Positions 27,802-37,204 of a DNA stretch of 59,721 bases are shown here, one piece after another (positions within the stretch are counted from its first letter, which is position 1; each line of letters opens with the position of its first letter). A program made the translations under genes and the position numbers. The notes beneath the pieces were generated by a model, which was given only the letters and a program-made list of their open reading frames with translations, did no database searches and was not told the origin of the DNA. Origin of the DNA: a virus (taxonomy: Duplodnaviria > Caudoviricetes); IMG/VR virus record IMGVR_UViG_3300033153_014453, positions 1-59,721 of that record. One strand, written 5' to 3'.

Positions 27802-27870
27802 CTGATGTTTTTTGGAAATTTAAAACTTAACCTTAGAATGGTTTTTCTTTCTCTTAACTTCTTCCTGTTG

Positions 27871-27904
27871 TCTCCTGGGGCTCAAGCCAATGAGCCCCTA
27901 GAGA
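27871..27904 (+). other. GC-rich hairpin after the capsid gene
   Basis: GGGGCTCA/TGAGCCCC stem; no U-tract. Confidence 0.55.
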
Positions 27905-27934
27905 TAGCCTAAAAATCGAAAGGAGACTTTACAA

Positions 27935-28687
27935 ATGGCTAATGAGTATTCCGAATATCAAACTACTCCTGGTTACATCATCAAACCCCAGCAGGGGATT
28001 TATGAAATTTCTGCTACTCAGAAAGCTACCCTTGGAACTCGTATTGAGTTCAACGATGGAAGAGTTTTCTACTATGCAAAAGCAGGAAGTTCTAATCTCT
28101 CAGCAGGAAAACTCGTAATGAGCGAAGGTGTGGCTCAGGTAAATAAAAGCGTAAGTGCTGCTGTTAGTGTAGGAGAGTATTCCGTAACTGTAGCTACTTC
28201 TAGTGCTATCACTACTGCCCAAGAGGGTTTCTTGCAGGTAAACGACTCTGATGGAGAAGGTTTGCAATATAAGATCAAAACTTGCGCAGCTAATAGTACT
28301 ACTTCTACCTATACTGATTTTACTCTTTATGATCCTGTTTCCAAGGCTCTTACTACTAACAGCCAGGTAACTGTTGTTTACAATCCTTTCAAGAATCTTG
28401 TTGTAACTGGAACTACCAAGATAGGCAAAGTAGTAGGCGTTCCTCCTGTAGATGTTACTGCTGATTACTACTTCTGGTGTCAAACCTGGGGATTGGCTAA
28501 TATTCTCTGTGATGGCACTCCTGCTGCTGATACTTTGGTAACTCTTGGTTCCGTTGCGGGTTCTTTTGGAGCTTTAGATGTAGCTACTGGTTCTGCTGGA
28601 GTAACTAATGTTCCTATTGGTAGAACTTATGGAACTGTAGGAGTAGATACTGAATACAAGCCTGTGTGGCTTTCTCTTATTAGGTAG
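27935..28687 (+). CDS. Capsid cement or auxiliary capsid protein
   Basis: LGTR..DGRVFYYAKA and YFWCQTWG motifs. Confidence 0.7.
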   Translation: MANEYSEYQTTPGYIIKPQQGIYEISATQKATLGTRIEFNDGRVFYYAKAGSSNLSAGKLVMSEGVAQVNKSVSAAVSVGEYSVTVATSSAITTAQEGFLQVNDSDGEGLQYKIKTCAANSTTSTYTDFTLYDPVSKALTTNSQVTVVYNPFKNLVVTGTTKIGKVVGVPPVDVTADYYFWCQTWGLANILCDGTPAADTLVTLGSVAGSFGALDVATGSAGVTNVPIGRTYGTVGVDTEYKPVWLSLIR

Positions 28688-28697
28688 GAGGTTCTAA

Positions 28698-28952
28698 ATG
28701 GCTATTACAAGATCTACCAAATTCTTCACCTATAGTTCCAACAAAGTAATGGGCCTAGATCTCGTTACTCATGATGGGAGTTCTACTACTGTAAATCTCC
28801 CAGTAGGGACTATAGAAATGGCTTTTGTTCTCCAGCAAGTAGGGACTAATTCTACGGGTACTACTGTTTCATGGAGCGATTCTACTGTTACTTTCTCTGC
28901 TGCTGGAGCCGATGGTTCAACTGATTATGTTCTTTATGTAGGGACTGCATAG
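28698..28952 (+). CDS. Small Ser/Thr-rich virion protein
   Basis: AGGAGG RBS; beta-rich. Confidence 0.65.
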   Translation: MAITRSTKFFTYSSNKVMGLDLVTHDGSSTTVNLPVGTIEMAFVLQQVGTNSTGTTVSWSDSTVTFSAAGADGSTDYVLYVGTA

Positions 28953-28996
28953 AAGTAAGAAGTAAGAACAAAAAGTAAACCTAGGAGCTCAACCTT

Positions 28997-30601
28997 ATGC
29001 AATCGCTGGCATCATATAGCTTAATAGCACTAAGTGCAGTTTTTATCTTAGGCTGGTTAGTTTTTGAAACTTACCAAATACCAAGGAGGTTTTTTATAGC
29101 CGTTGGAAGTTTTTTGCTATTGCTATCTGGAGCGCTATTTGGTGCCAGCGATTTTTTAAATTTTCATCCCTTGATAGGATGGTTGTTAGTTAGTTATATT
29201 ATTTGGTGTTTTGTTAGTAATTTCATCTCATCCAGACCTGATATTGGAGTAAGTGGTTTAGCAAGTATTATAATTCCTGTTTTTGTTTGTTTGTTTTTTA
29301 GCCAAGAAAATATAACTCTTGGAATGCAGTTAGTAGTTCTTAGTTCTATTCCTAATTGTGTTTATGCTATTATTCAGAAAAACTTCAAATATGAACCATT
29401 AAAGTATAGCACTAACAAAACTCATTGGTATCCCATAGGATTTCTTGGTAATACTAACATGCTAGGTGTATGGCTAGTTCCTCAGTTTTTCCTAGCTATT
29501 TGGCTTTCAGAAAATATAAATTTGAATTATTTCTTTCTTAGCTTGCTTATTGTTTATGTTATTTACTTAACAAAATGTAGATCTGCTTTAGTAGGATTGA
29601 CAGTAGGTATTATCTACTTAGCAATCCAATCAAAAGTTTTATTCTCCATTGGAGCTTTGATGTTAGTTGTTATTCTTTGCATAGCTGCCTTGGAAGATAA
29701 AAACAGGATAAAAAATATTTTTAACTTCCTTACAGATAAAAAAACCTTAAAAGAAAGACTTAACTACTGGAAAATAGCTCTCCTTGGAATAAAGCTAAAT
29801 CCTATTTTTGGCTATGGAACAGGAGTTTTTAAAATTTTTATTCCTTACATCCAAAGAGAGTTGAATGATAAAACAAATGGTAAGTTTTTAAAAAAAGAAA
29901 ACTACGCATGTCCTTATCCACGATATGTGCATAATGATTTCTTACAAGAAGCTCTTAATCATGGAATCATAGGTCTTAGTTTATTTCTTGCTTTGAATGT
30001 TATTACTATAATCTTTTGCAAATCTTCTATTCTAAGTGCTTGTTTGATAAGTTTACTTACTACTGGTTTGTTTTTTCATGGATTTTCTATCATAGGAATA
30101 AACATCCTTTACTGGTTTGTGTTTTTTACTTGTAATGTTTTCTCTTTTCAAGTATGTGAGTTTTCTACTACTTGGATTTATTTAAGCATTCCTATTAGTT
30201 TTGCATTTTGTATTCTTAGCTTAAAAGAACTTCTTTCAAGTTACTACTTCCAACAATTCATGCTTAAATCCAAACCAGAAGGCTTAGTAAAAGCTCTTAA
30301 ACTATTTCCTTTCTCTGGCACGTTTAATACTTTTCTCTTAGTAACTGCAATGCAGAAGAATAAAATCTTACTCTCTCTAAAAGCCTGTATGAGAACTCTT
30401 GGTACTTATGACGGAGACCAACGCTTATGGGAGCTTTGGTATAATTTAGGATATGTTTTTCTTAGATCAAACAATCTTGACCTTGCAGAAGCATGTTATA
30501 AAGAATCTCTCTCCTTCTGGCCTGAGTATGAAGGCGCAAAGAACGGTTTAGAAATAATCTCCGCAATAAGAAACCGCATGATAAGTGAATCTCAGGGGTA
30601 A
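28997..30601 (+). CDS. O-antigen ligase / O-oligosaccharyltransferase-like (Wzy_C) membrane protein with C-terminal TPR
   Basis: Many TM segments; GFLGNTN, LTKCRSA, RLNYW..NPIFGYG and HNDFLQ..GIIG; TPR WYNLG..A..Y..L..P. Confidence 0.85.
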   Translation: MQSLASYSLIALSAVFILGWLVFETYQIPRRFFIAVGSFLLLLSGALFGASDFLNFHPLIGWLLVSYIIWCFVSNFISSRPDIGVSGLASIIIPVFVCLFFSQENITLGMQLVVLSSIPNCVYAIIQKNFKYEPLKYSTNKTHWYPIGFLGNTNMLGVWLVPQFFLAIWLSENINLNYFFLSLLIVYVIYLTKCRSALVGLTVGIIYLAIQSKVLFSIGALMLVVILCIAALEDKNRIKNIFNFLTDKKTLKERLNYWKIALLGIKLNPIFGYGTGVFKIFIPYIQRELNDKTNGKFLKKENYACPYPRYVHNDFLQEALNHGIIGLSLFLALNVITIIFCKSSILSACLISLLTTGLFFHGFSIIGINILYWFVFFTCNVFSFQVCEFSTTWIYLSIPISFAFCILSLKELLSSYYFQQFMLKSKPEGLVKALKLFPFSGTFNTFLLVTAMQKNKILLSLKACMRTLGTYDGDQRLWELWYNLGYVFLRSNNLDLAEACYKESLSFWPEYEGAKNGLEIISAIRNRMISESQG

Positions 30602-30605
30602 CTAA

Positions 30606-30995
30606 ATGTCTCGTCCTGGATTTTGGTTAGGAAAAATAATCTCAGATGAAAAGAAAGTAAGAAAATATCTCTCTTTTTACGTTCATCATAGAAACCTCTA
30701 CAACATGGGCGAAGGTGAGATTGCTTTTCTTAGACGCTTACCTGGATTTCAAACAAGCGCTATTGCTTGGTTGTTTATAAAAGAGCTCTTTCCTACTGCT
30801 TCTAATTGGTGGATGCTTGTTTTGCCTGTAGTTATAATAATAAAAGTCTTAGCTAACTGGTCGTTAGGTAAATGGCTTTATAAACAAAAATTTCCAGACG
30901 TTCAAAGCGATTGGCATAATCATGTAGATCCAGTTGCTAGAACGCTTAGTAAAAAACTCTTAAACAACGAGGGGATTACTTATGAGCGGTTATAG
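30606..30995 (+). CDS. Membrane protein
   Basis: Hydrophobic segments. Confidence 0.6.
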   Translation: MSRPGFWLGKIISDEKKVRKYLSFYVHHRNLYNMGEGEIAFLRRLPGFQTSAIAWLFIKELFPTASNWWMLVLPVVIIIKVLANWSLGKWLYKQKFPDVQSDWHNHVDPVARTLSKKLLNNEGITYERL

Positions 30996-31371
30996 AGACA
31001 TTCACGTACATCAACTTTGGTTAGCAACAACCATTCCTGCTGGGACTACTGTTACTTCTAATGCAATTGATCTAGGAACTTATGGGCAGAATTATGATTT
31101 CTCTATCCAAGTAGCAATCTCTGGTGCAGGAACAAGTGTTTGTATGGGTTATTTGCTTTCTAATGATGGAATAAACTTTGTAAGATCTACCAATAGTAAT
31201 AACATAGTAGCAGGATCTACTGCTTTTCATGATAAGTGTGGAGTAAATAAAAATGGAAAAGATCTAGTTAGATTTACTCCTGTACCTTTAGCTAGATTTA
31301 TGAAAATCGAAGCCTGGGAATCATTAGGAGCAAGTGATGCTACACTGACTGCTTATCTTGCTACTCAATAA
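30982..31371 (+). CDS. Beta-sandwich virion decoration protein
   Basis: TSNAIDL..SNDGINF..ARFMKI pattern. Confidence 0.65.
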   Translation: MSGYRDIHVHQLWLATTIPAGTTVTSNAIDLGTYGQNYDFSIQVAISGAGTSVCMGYLLSNDGINFVRSTNSNNIVAGSTAFHDKCGVNKNGKDLVRFTPVPLARFMKIEAWESLGASDATLTAYLATQ

Positions 31372-31381
31372 GAGGTTCATA

Positions 31382-32422
31382 ATGAAAAAAATAATCTGGC
31401 TAGTTAGTTTTTTTCTTATCTTTTTCTTAGCAACTAGTTCTCACGCTAGAAGAGCAGTGCTTCCACAAGATTTAGTATCAGATAACAAAATCTCAGGTGG
31501 AAAAACAGTAAGTATTTCTTCTGATGGTAAGAAGTTTAGCTTTACTACTCCTACTAGTGCAAATGTAGATCAAGATGCTGATTACACTTGGAGTGGATTT
31601 AATACCTTCAACGGAACTGTTTATATAGACGTTTCTGCTACTAGTCCATTTGTTATAAGAACTGGTGGTGGTACTATATTTCAGATTGATAATAACGGAG
31701 CTTATACTGCTTATCCTAGTGATAATTATCATGTTGCTACTAAGAAATATGTTGATGATCATGCTGGAGGGTTAAATACTGATAATGACTATACCTGGAG
31801 CGGTGCTCAGACTTTTAATGGAACGGTCTACATAGATGTTTCATCCGCCAGTCCTTTCGTAATAAGAGCCAGCGGAAATACAATGTTCCAAAGCGATGAC
31901 TCCGGAACTACTGTATACGACAAAAACGGAGACTGGGTTTATTCTACAATAAGTGGAATCCAGGGCTTATCTACTGCCAGCGGCTTTGATGAAATGGAAG
32001 CCGAAAAAGGTATTTTTGGAATCAACACTACTGAAATAAGCTCTGATACTACGCTTACACTTGATCAGACCAGGGGTATTAGATTTTTAGTCACCTCAAC
32101 TTCCACGGTAACAGGTCCTCCGCTTAGTTGTTCGCCTATTTCTGGTAACACGGTTCCTCCTATGAGATTTCATCTTGTAGGTAATTCTGGCCTTACGCTT
32201 TTTGCTAATAGTTCTACTATTCCTATTTATTACTCAGCAGGAACAGATTTCAAATCCGCTGATGCTGTTTGGATAAACCCAGGTAGTTATGGAACCGTTT
32301 TAGGAATGGATACTGTAGTAACTGGATCTACGGCTTATTATGTGGTTTATTACATATCTTTCCCGTTTGATGGAACAAGAAAAAGCGGTTGTACACTTTA
32401 TGCAGTGGGAGATGGGAGCTAA
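31382..32422 (+). CDS. Fibre-like protein with Sec signal peptide and internal repeat
   Basis: MKKIIWLVSFFLIFFLATSSHA signal; two YTWSG..TFNGTVYIDVS..SPFVIR repeats; ATKKYVD. Confidence 0.75.
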   Translation: MKKIIWLVSFFLIFFLATSSHARRAVLPQDLVSDNKISGGKTVSISSDGKKFSFTTPTSANVDQDADYTWSGFNTFNGTVYIDVSATSPFVIRTGGGTIFQIDNNGAYTAYPSDNYHVATKKYVDDHAGGLNTDNDYTWSGAQTFNGTVYIDVSSASPFVIRASGNTMFQSDDSGTTVYDKNGDWVYSTISGIQGLSTASGFDEMEAEKGIFGINTTEISSDTTLTLDQTRGIRFLVTSTSTVTGPPLSCSPISGNTVPPMRFHLVGNSGLTLFANSSTIPIYYSAGTDFKSADAVWINPGSYGTVLGMDTVVTGSTAYYVVYYISFPFDGTRKSGCTLYAVGDGS

Positions 32423-32423
32423 A

Positions 32424-32522
32424 ATGAAACAAAAAACCAAAGAACTAATCTCAATCTTTGTTTGGTCTTTTTGTTTATGTGTTAGCTTGTTTTTCTTGTG
32501 TTTTATTATTTCTAGCACTTAA
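32424..32522 (+). CDS. 32-aa membrane peptide
   Basis: GGGAG RBS; single hydrophobic helix. Confidence 0.4.
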   Translation: MKQKTKELISIFVWSFCLCVSLFFLCFIISST

Positions 32523-32537
32523 GGAGGAAAAAGAAAG

Positions 32538-32975
32538 ATGGGAGAAGTAACCTGGACTAGCTATGGTTCATGGCAGACGGCTATTAGTTCTGATCTTGAT
32601 AGTTTGGCTGGTGGTGGCTTGGCTATCAGCTCGGCGATTGATAATAGTAGTAATAAAGATCTTTTCATAGACATTGAAGTGTATCTTGCAACAGTGGATC
32701 TTTCCGCCCAAACCAATCCAGCAATCTACATTTGGTTGATTGCCAGGACGGATGGAACCAATTTTGAAGATGGCGGATCTAGTGTGGAACCCGCCCGTGC
32801 TCCTGATGCAATAGTACCTCTGCGAGAAGTTAACGCTGCACAACGTGTATTTGCTCGAATGCTTATGGCTACCCCGGACCAGTTCAAGATTCTCGTACGG
32901 AACAAGACTGGCGTTACACTTGCGGCAAGTGGAAATACAGTAAAATACAACCTCTATGGAGAGACGGTGGCATAG
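32538..32975 (+). CDS. Beta-sandwich virion protein
   Basis: AGGAGG RBS; SSAIDNS..DGTNFED pattern. Confidence 0.7.
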   Translation: MGEVTWTSYGSWQTAISSDLDSLAGGGLAISSAIDNSSNKDLFIDIEVYLATVDLSAQTNPAIYIWLIARTDGTNFEDGGSSVEPARAPDAIVPLREVNAAQRVFARMLMATPDQFKILVRNKTGVTLAASGNTVKYNLYGETVA

Positions 32976-32977
32976 TT

Positions 32978-33799
32978 ATGTTTAAATTCATTAGAAATCC
33001 TAATCCTCACAAAAAACCTCCCTATGGTAGCAGGATTGATCCTACACATCCACTGGCTCAAGGATTAGTGGGGTGTTGGTTGATGAATGAAGGTGGTGGG
33101 AGTAAGATTTTTGATTTAATGTTAGGCATAGGAGGAGTTGCTGGATCAGGATCTCCCTCTCCTAGTTGGGACAGCAAAGGTATTTATTTTCCTGGGGTTA
33201 ATTCTTCATGTTTCTATTATACTTCTCATCCGATTCAGGATATAGTCAACCAATGCTCTGTTGTCTTTTGTTTCAGGACCATTGATACGAGTTATGCTAA
33301 GAATGGAAGAATCATTTCGACAAAAGATAGTTGGAGTTCTGCAAGTGGTTTTGAAGTCTCATACAACCCTGATACAAACAAACTCGAAGTGATTGGAAGT
33401 GGCTCGTCAGCTCACAGTATTTATGAGGCTGCTCTGAATGATGGTCTTTGTCATAATATTGAGATTATTTTTGATGGTACAAGTGATAAAGTATTCATAG
33501 ATGGCATAGAAAATTCCACTGGTTCAATAGATACACTTACTGTATCCACTGAGGATCTTGGTATAGGAGATAGAGGCCCTAGTGCTAATTCAATAGAGCC
33601 ATTTAAAGGAATACTTCATTATTTGTATGTTTTTCGGAGGGCTTTGGCTGAATCAGAAATCGCTCATCTCTCCGCCGAACCCTACTCCTTCATTCTCGTT
33701 CCCCAATACTGGTACATGGTAGATTTTGGAGTTGTTTCTTCACCACCCGGACCACCTGATCCTGGACCTACCGGGTTTCAAGGATTAAGGATATTTTGA
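32978..33799 (+). CDS. LamG/concanavalin-A-like lectin domain protein
   Basis: GLVGCWLMNEG..LGIG..FKG..VFRRAL..EI. Confidence 0.85.
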   Translation: MFKFIRNPNPHKKPPYGSRIDPTHPLAQGLVGCWLMNEGGGSKIFDLMLGIGGVAGSGSPSPSWDSKGIYFPGVNSSCFYYTSHPIQDIVNQCSVVFCFRTIDTSYAKNGRIISTKDSWSSASGFEVSYNPDTNKLEVIGSGSSAHSIYEAALNDGLCHNIEIIFDGTSDKVFIDGIENSTGSIDTLTVSTEDLGIGDRGPSANSIEPFKGILHYLYVFRRALAESEIAHLSAEPYSFILVPQYWYMVDFGVVSSPPGPPDPGPTGFQGLRIF

Positions 33800-34188
33800 T
33801 GAATAAACGGGTACAGATTTTAAGTATTACTTTTATTGTATTTTTCATTATGTCATCGCCAGTTCTAAGCAGCCCATTCTTAGTTTGTGATCCGCAAAGC
33901 GGTGTTACAAGTTATATTGTTTATATTGATGATTACAACACAGAAGTTCCTGCACGAATACTTTCAGATGGAAAAGGGCAGCTTTATTTTGACCTTGAAC
34001 CTTTAAATCTTTCAAACGGATGGCATAGAGCAAGAGTAGCAGCTAAAAATAATTATGGAACTAGCAACTTTGTAATATTTGATTTTAAATGGCCACGTGT
34101 TAGCAATGGGAAATTAAGAATAAGGATAGATAATAATAAATCTTTCCCGAAAATAAGTATTAACGGAAATGGAAGATTTAGAAAATAA
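33799..34188 (+). CDS. Secreted FN3/Ig-like protein
   Basis: Signal peptide, then SPFLVCDP..G.H.ARVAAKN.YGTS. Confidence 0.7.
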   Translation: MNKRVQILSITFIVFFIMSSPVLSSPFLVCDPQSGVTSYIVYIDDYNTEVPARILSDGKGQLYFDLEPLNLSNGWHRARVAAKNNYGTSNFVIFDFKWPRVSNGKLRIRIDNNKSFPKISINGNGRFRK

Positions 34189-34208
34189 AAAAGAAAGGCT
34201 ATTCTAAA

Positions 34209-34505
34209 ATGACTCTTGATCCTCAGGTTTTGGGTAATATTTGTGGAGCCTTAATAGTAGGAGGTTACAGTGGGTTGAAAGTAGTTGCATATTTTAAAAA
34301 ACGAAATCAAAATGGAGTAATAAGCAATACAGAAAACAAATGCCCAGATCCTACTTGTCATGCAAGTGTCGAATCAATGGCAGAAAATATGAAAGAAATA
34401 AGAAACTCAATTCAAAACGAGATTTTTCCTAAAATAAACAAAACAGCTGAAGATGTAGCTACAATAAAAGGATGGATAAGAGGAATAAAAGGAAGTAAGA
34501 TCTAA
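34209..34505 (+). CDS. Holin-like membrane protein
   Basis: N-terminal TM plus coiled coil, directly before the peptidase. Confidence 0.45.
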   Translation: MTLDPQVLGNICGALIVGGYSGLKVVAYFKKRNQNGVISNTENKCPDPTCHASVESMAENMKEIRNSIQNEIFPKINKTAEDVATIKGWIRGIKGSKI

Positions 34506-34519
34506 AAAGAGAGCCAGTT

Positions 34520-35113
34520 ATGACTAAGTGTAAAGAAATAAAAACTGGGAATAAGCTCATAGAATGTACTTCTAATATTTGGATACTTGCTAAGGAGAGT
34601 GATTACTTAAATGGCAGAGATAAAAATGCCATAAAAGGTTTTCTTAGAAGCATAGAAGATACCTTTAGGCATGCTTACAGAAAAAAGCATAAACTTTTTC
34701 TTAATCCTACTGGTTTAGGAATAAGAAATGATTGCTTAGGAAGAGGTTATTTCGGAGCTAAGCGAGGAAATAGATTACACAAAGGACTTGATATTTTATG
34801 CTTTCCAGGGCAATATGTAGGTGCTATAATAGATGGTAGAATAGAAAGAAATGGTTTAGTTTATAATGATACTCAGAAATATAAACTTATAGTAATAAAA
34901 TCCGGCCTTTGGGAAGTTAAACAAATGTATTGTGAGCTTAAAGATAGGTTAATAGGCAAATCAGTAAATGCAGGAGAAGAAATAGCTATAGCTCAGGATA
35001 TAACTGAAAGAAAAGATTACAAAGAAAAAGGAATGCTTCCTCATTTGCATATAGAAGTAAGATTCGAAGGCAAGTTAGTAGACCCAGAGCCTTTGATTTT
35101 TGGAGGTTTTTAA
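34520..35113 (+). CDS. M23-family peptidase (endolysin)
   Basis: HKGLD and HLHIE motifs. Confidence 0.9.
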   Translation: MTKCKEIKTGNKLIECTSNIWILAKESDYLNGRDKNAIKGFLRSIEDTFRHAYRKKHKLFLNPTGLGIRNDCLGRGYFGAKRGNRLHKGLDILCFPGQYVGAIIDGRIERNGLVYNDTQKYKLIVIKSGLWEVKQMYCELKDRLIGKSVNAGEEIAIAQDITERKDYKEKGMLPHLHIEVRFEGKLVDPEPLIFGGF

Positions 35114-35116
35114 GTT

Positions 35117-35668
35117 ATGGATGAGAAGTTAAAATTATATAATCTTAGCAAGCCTTATATTAATACCGGAGATTGTATTATTTGGAGATCTTATTCTACT
35201 ATAGGAAGTTTAATTAGGTTTTTCTCTAAAGCAGATGTAAATCATGCTTCTTTAGTTATAAAACCAAAAGAATATGTAGGGTTAGTAGATAGGAGATTTC
35301 TACTAGAAGCTCTTGAATTCGGAGTAGTTCCTAGATTGCTTTCTGAAAGGTTGAAAAATTTTAAAGGAAAAGTGTGGTGGTTGCCTTTAAAGAAGAAATA
35401 CGAAGATAAAAGAAATTCAATAGCTGAATGGGCTATTCAAGAAATAGCTAAAGGAAAAGGTTATGATTATAAAAGCCTTTTCAAGCAAATCTTAGGAAGA
35501 GTCTCAATAGAAACTGGAAAATATTTTTGTTCAGAATTCGTGCATGCTTCTTTAGTTTTTGGTGCTAGTATTGCGCTACCTATGAAAGCAGCTAGACCTG
35601 GAGATTTAGAAAATTTAGGAGTTTATGAAAAAAGAATTCTTATTTATGATAACATAGGAGAAAGCTAA
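35117..35668 (+). CDS. Permuted papain-like (YiiX/YebB-type NlpC/P60) amidase
   Basis: GD, NHAS, YDY and FCSEFV in permuted order. Confidence 0.85.
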   Translation: MDEKLKLYNLSKPYINTGDCIIWRSYSTIGSLIRFFSKADVNHASLVIKPKEYVGLVDRRFLLEALEFGVVPRLLSERLKNFKGKVWWLPLKKKYEDKRNSIAEWAIQEIAKGKGYDYKSLFKQILGRVSIETGKYFCSEFVHASLVFGASIALPMKAARPGDLENLGVYEKRILIYDNIGES

Positions 35669-36469
35669 ATGCCAACTCATGTAACAGAATCTACAGGTGC
35701 AAGTGTAACTGCTACTTGGCAATTTGAATCAGGGAGCAAGGCAGAGTTTAAATCTGGTAGTACATTAGAAACAAAATCTGGAAGCACATTGGCTTGTGGT
35801 GGAGATTTTGATTTAACAGGAGATTTTATAGAAATCTCAGAAGGCGGAACTGGAGCTACTACTGCTGCTGGTGCTAGAAGTAATTTAGAAGCGGCTAAGA
35901 GCGGAAGTAATAGTGATATAACTGAACTTAGTGGCTTGACTACTCCTTTATCTGTAGCTCAAGGTGGAACTGGGGCAACTATACTTACTTCAGGTGGGAT
36001 TCTAATAGGTAATGATACAAGTGCAATTTCTACGGCAAGTACTTCTACCAGCAATGCTGAATTGGTTACTGATATTAACGGAACGCCTAAATGGGTAGAG
36101 CATAAAGAATACATAGGTGTAATGTGTGTAGACCCGGATACTTCTATAACTGCTACAAGTAACGTAGCTCAGTTTCATTTTCCTTTTGATGGTTATGTAA
36201 CAAATACTTTTGCTGGTGTGAATGTAGCCGGTACAGGAACGACTATTCCTATAATAAATATAGAAATTGAAGGTAGTAGTATTTTTACTACTAAACTAAC
36301 AATAGATTCTGGTGAAACTAAATCTTCTACTGCTAGTACGCCAGCTGTTATTAATACTGGAACAAGTAATTTTTCCAAATGGGATCTTTGTAGTATTCAT
36401 GTAGATTGTACTGGGACAACTCCGCCTGAAGGATTAGTTGTGACACTTACTACAGTAAAAACGGGTTAA
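35669..36469 (+). CDS. Tail fibre protein
   Basis: GGTGATT..ARSNL..SDITELSGLTTPLSVAQGGTGAT. Confidence 0.8.
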   Translation: MPTHVTESTGASVTATWQFESGSKAEFKSGSTLETKSGSTLACGGDFDLTGDFIEISEGGTGATTAAGARSNLEAAKSGSNSDITELSGLTTPLSVAQGGTGATILTSGGILIGNDTSAISTASTSTSNAELVTDINGTPKWVEHKEYIGVMCVDPDTSITATSNVAQFHFPFDGYVTNTFAGVNVAGTGTTIPIINIEIEGSSIFTTKLTIDSGETKSSTASTPAVINTGTSNFSKWDLCSIHVDCTGTTPPEGLVVTLTTVKTG

Positions 36470-36472
36470 GAA

Positions 36473-37192
36473 ATGATAATAATAAATGCTGCACGTAAAG
36501 TGACATATAGTCCCTGGGAGGCTTGGGATGAGACATCTGAAAGTGGTCTTGCTTCTGATGACACTTTTGTCTGTCTTTTTGAGAACCCCAGTGCGGGGGG
36601 AGATGAGACTGGGCAAGGCCTAGGTCTAAGCGGATCCGATCTTGTGCTTACCCAGTCTGGTAATGTAGCCGGGGCAACGGGAAGTCCTCCGTATCGAAGC
36701 CTTGATGGTAGTGATGATTACTTCACTGCTACGGATAATTTATTTTTGCAGATAGGTCCTGGTGATTATGATGGAGTATTTTCCATAATTCTGAAATTGG
36801 CAAATGTGAACTTCGCTGATGGTGATTATTTTATCTATATCATAGGAGATGGTAATAATTACTTCTACCTCAAAAGTGATGCGGGCAAGTTACATTTTTA
36901 TTGGGAGGATAATAGCTATGTTCATACCAATGCTACTACTACAAATAGTTTTCCCACTTCTGGACCTTTGTATTTGTACATAATTGGTGAGGGTGGTTCG
37001 AGTAATACAGCGGCTTTTTCTACACAGAAGGAGACAAGTTTATCCAATATTCCTGCTGGTAACAAGGTAAGTGGTAGTGGTGCATGGAGCAACATTTCCC
37101 AACTTGGAGCCAACTATATCGTGGGGTATTCAACGAGCGGTCAGATGGATGCCTATTACGTTGTGTTATCTAAGCTGAACTTGCTTGCATAG
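36473..37192 (+). CDS. LamG-like receptor-binding protein
   Basis: SLDGSDDY motif; beta-rich; GC-richer. Confidence 0.6.
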   Translation: MIIINAARKVTYSPWEAWDETSESGLASDDTFVCLFENPSAGGDETGQGLGLSGSDLVLTQSGNVAGATGSPPYRSLDGSDDYFTATDNLFLQIGPGDYDGVFSIILKLANVNFADGDYFIYIIGDGNNYFYLKSDAGKLHFYWEDNSYVHTNATTTNSFPTSGPLYLYIIGEGGSSNTAAFSTQKETSLSNIPAGNKVSGSGAWSNISQLGANYIVGYSTSGQMDAYYVVLSKLNLLA

Positions 37193-37204
37193 GAGCCTAA
37201 GAAG

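Noticed and set aside
31574-31897. Diversity-generating retroelement TR/VR pair
   Set aside because: The repeat is an in-frame protein repeat with differences at all bases, and no reverse transcriptase is present
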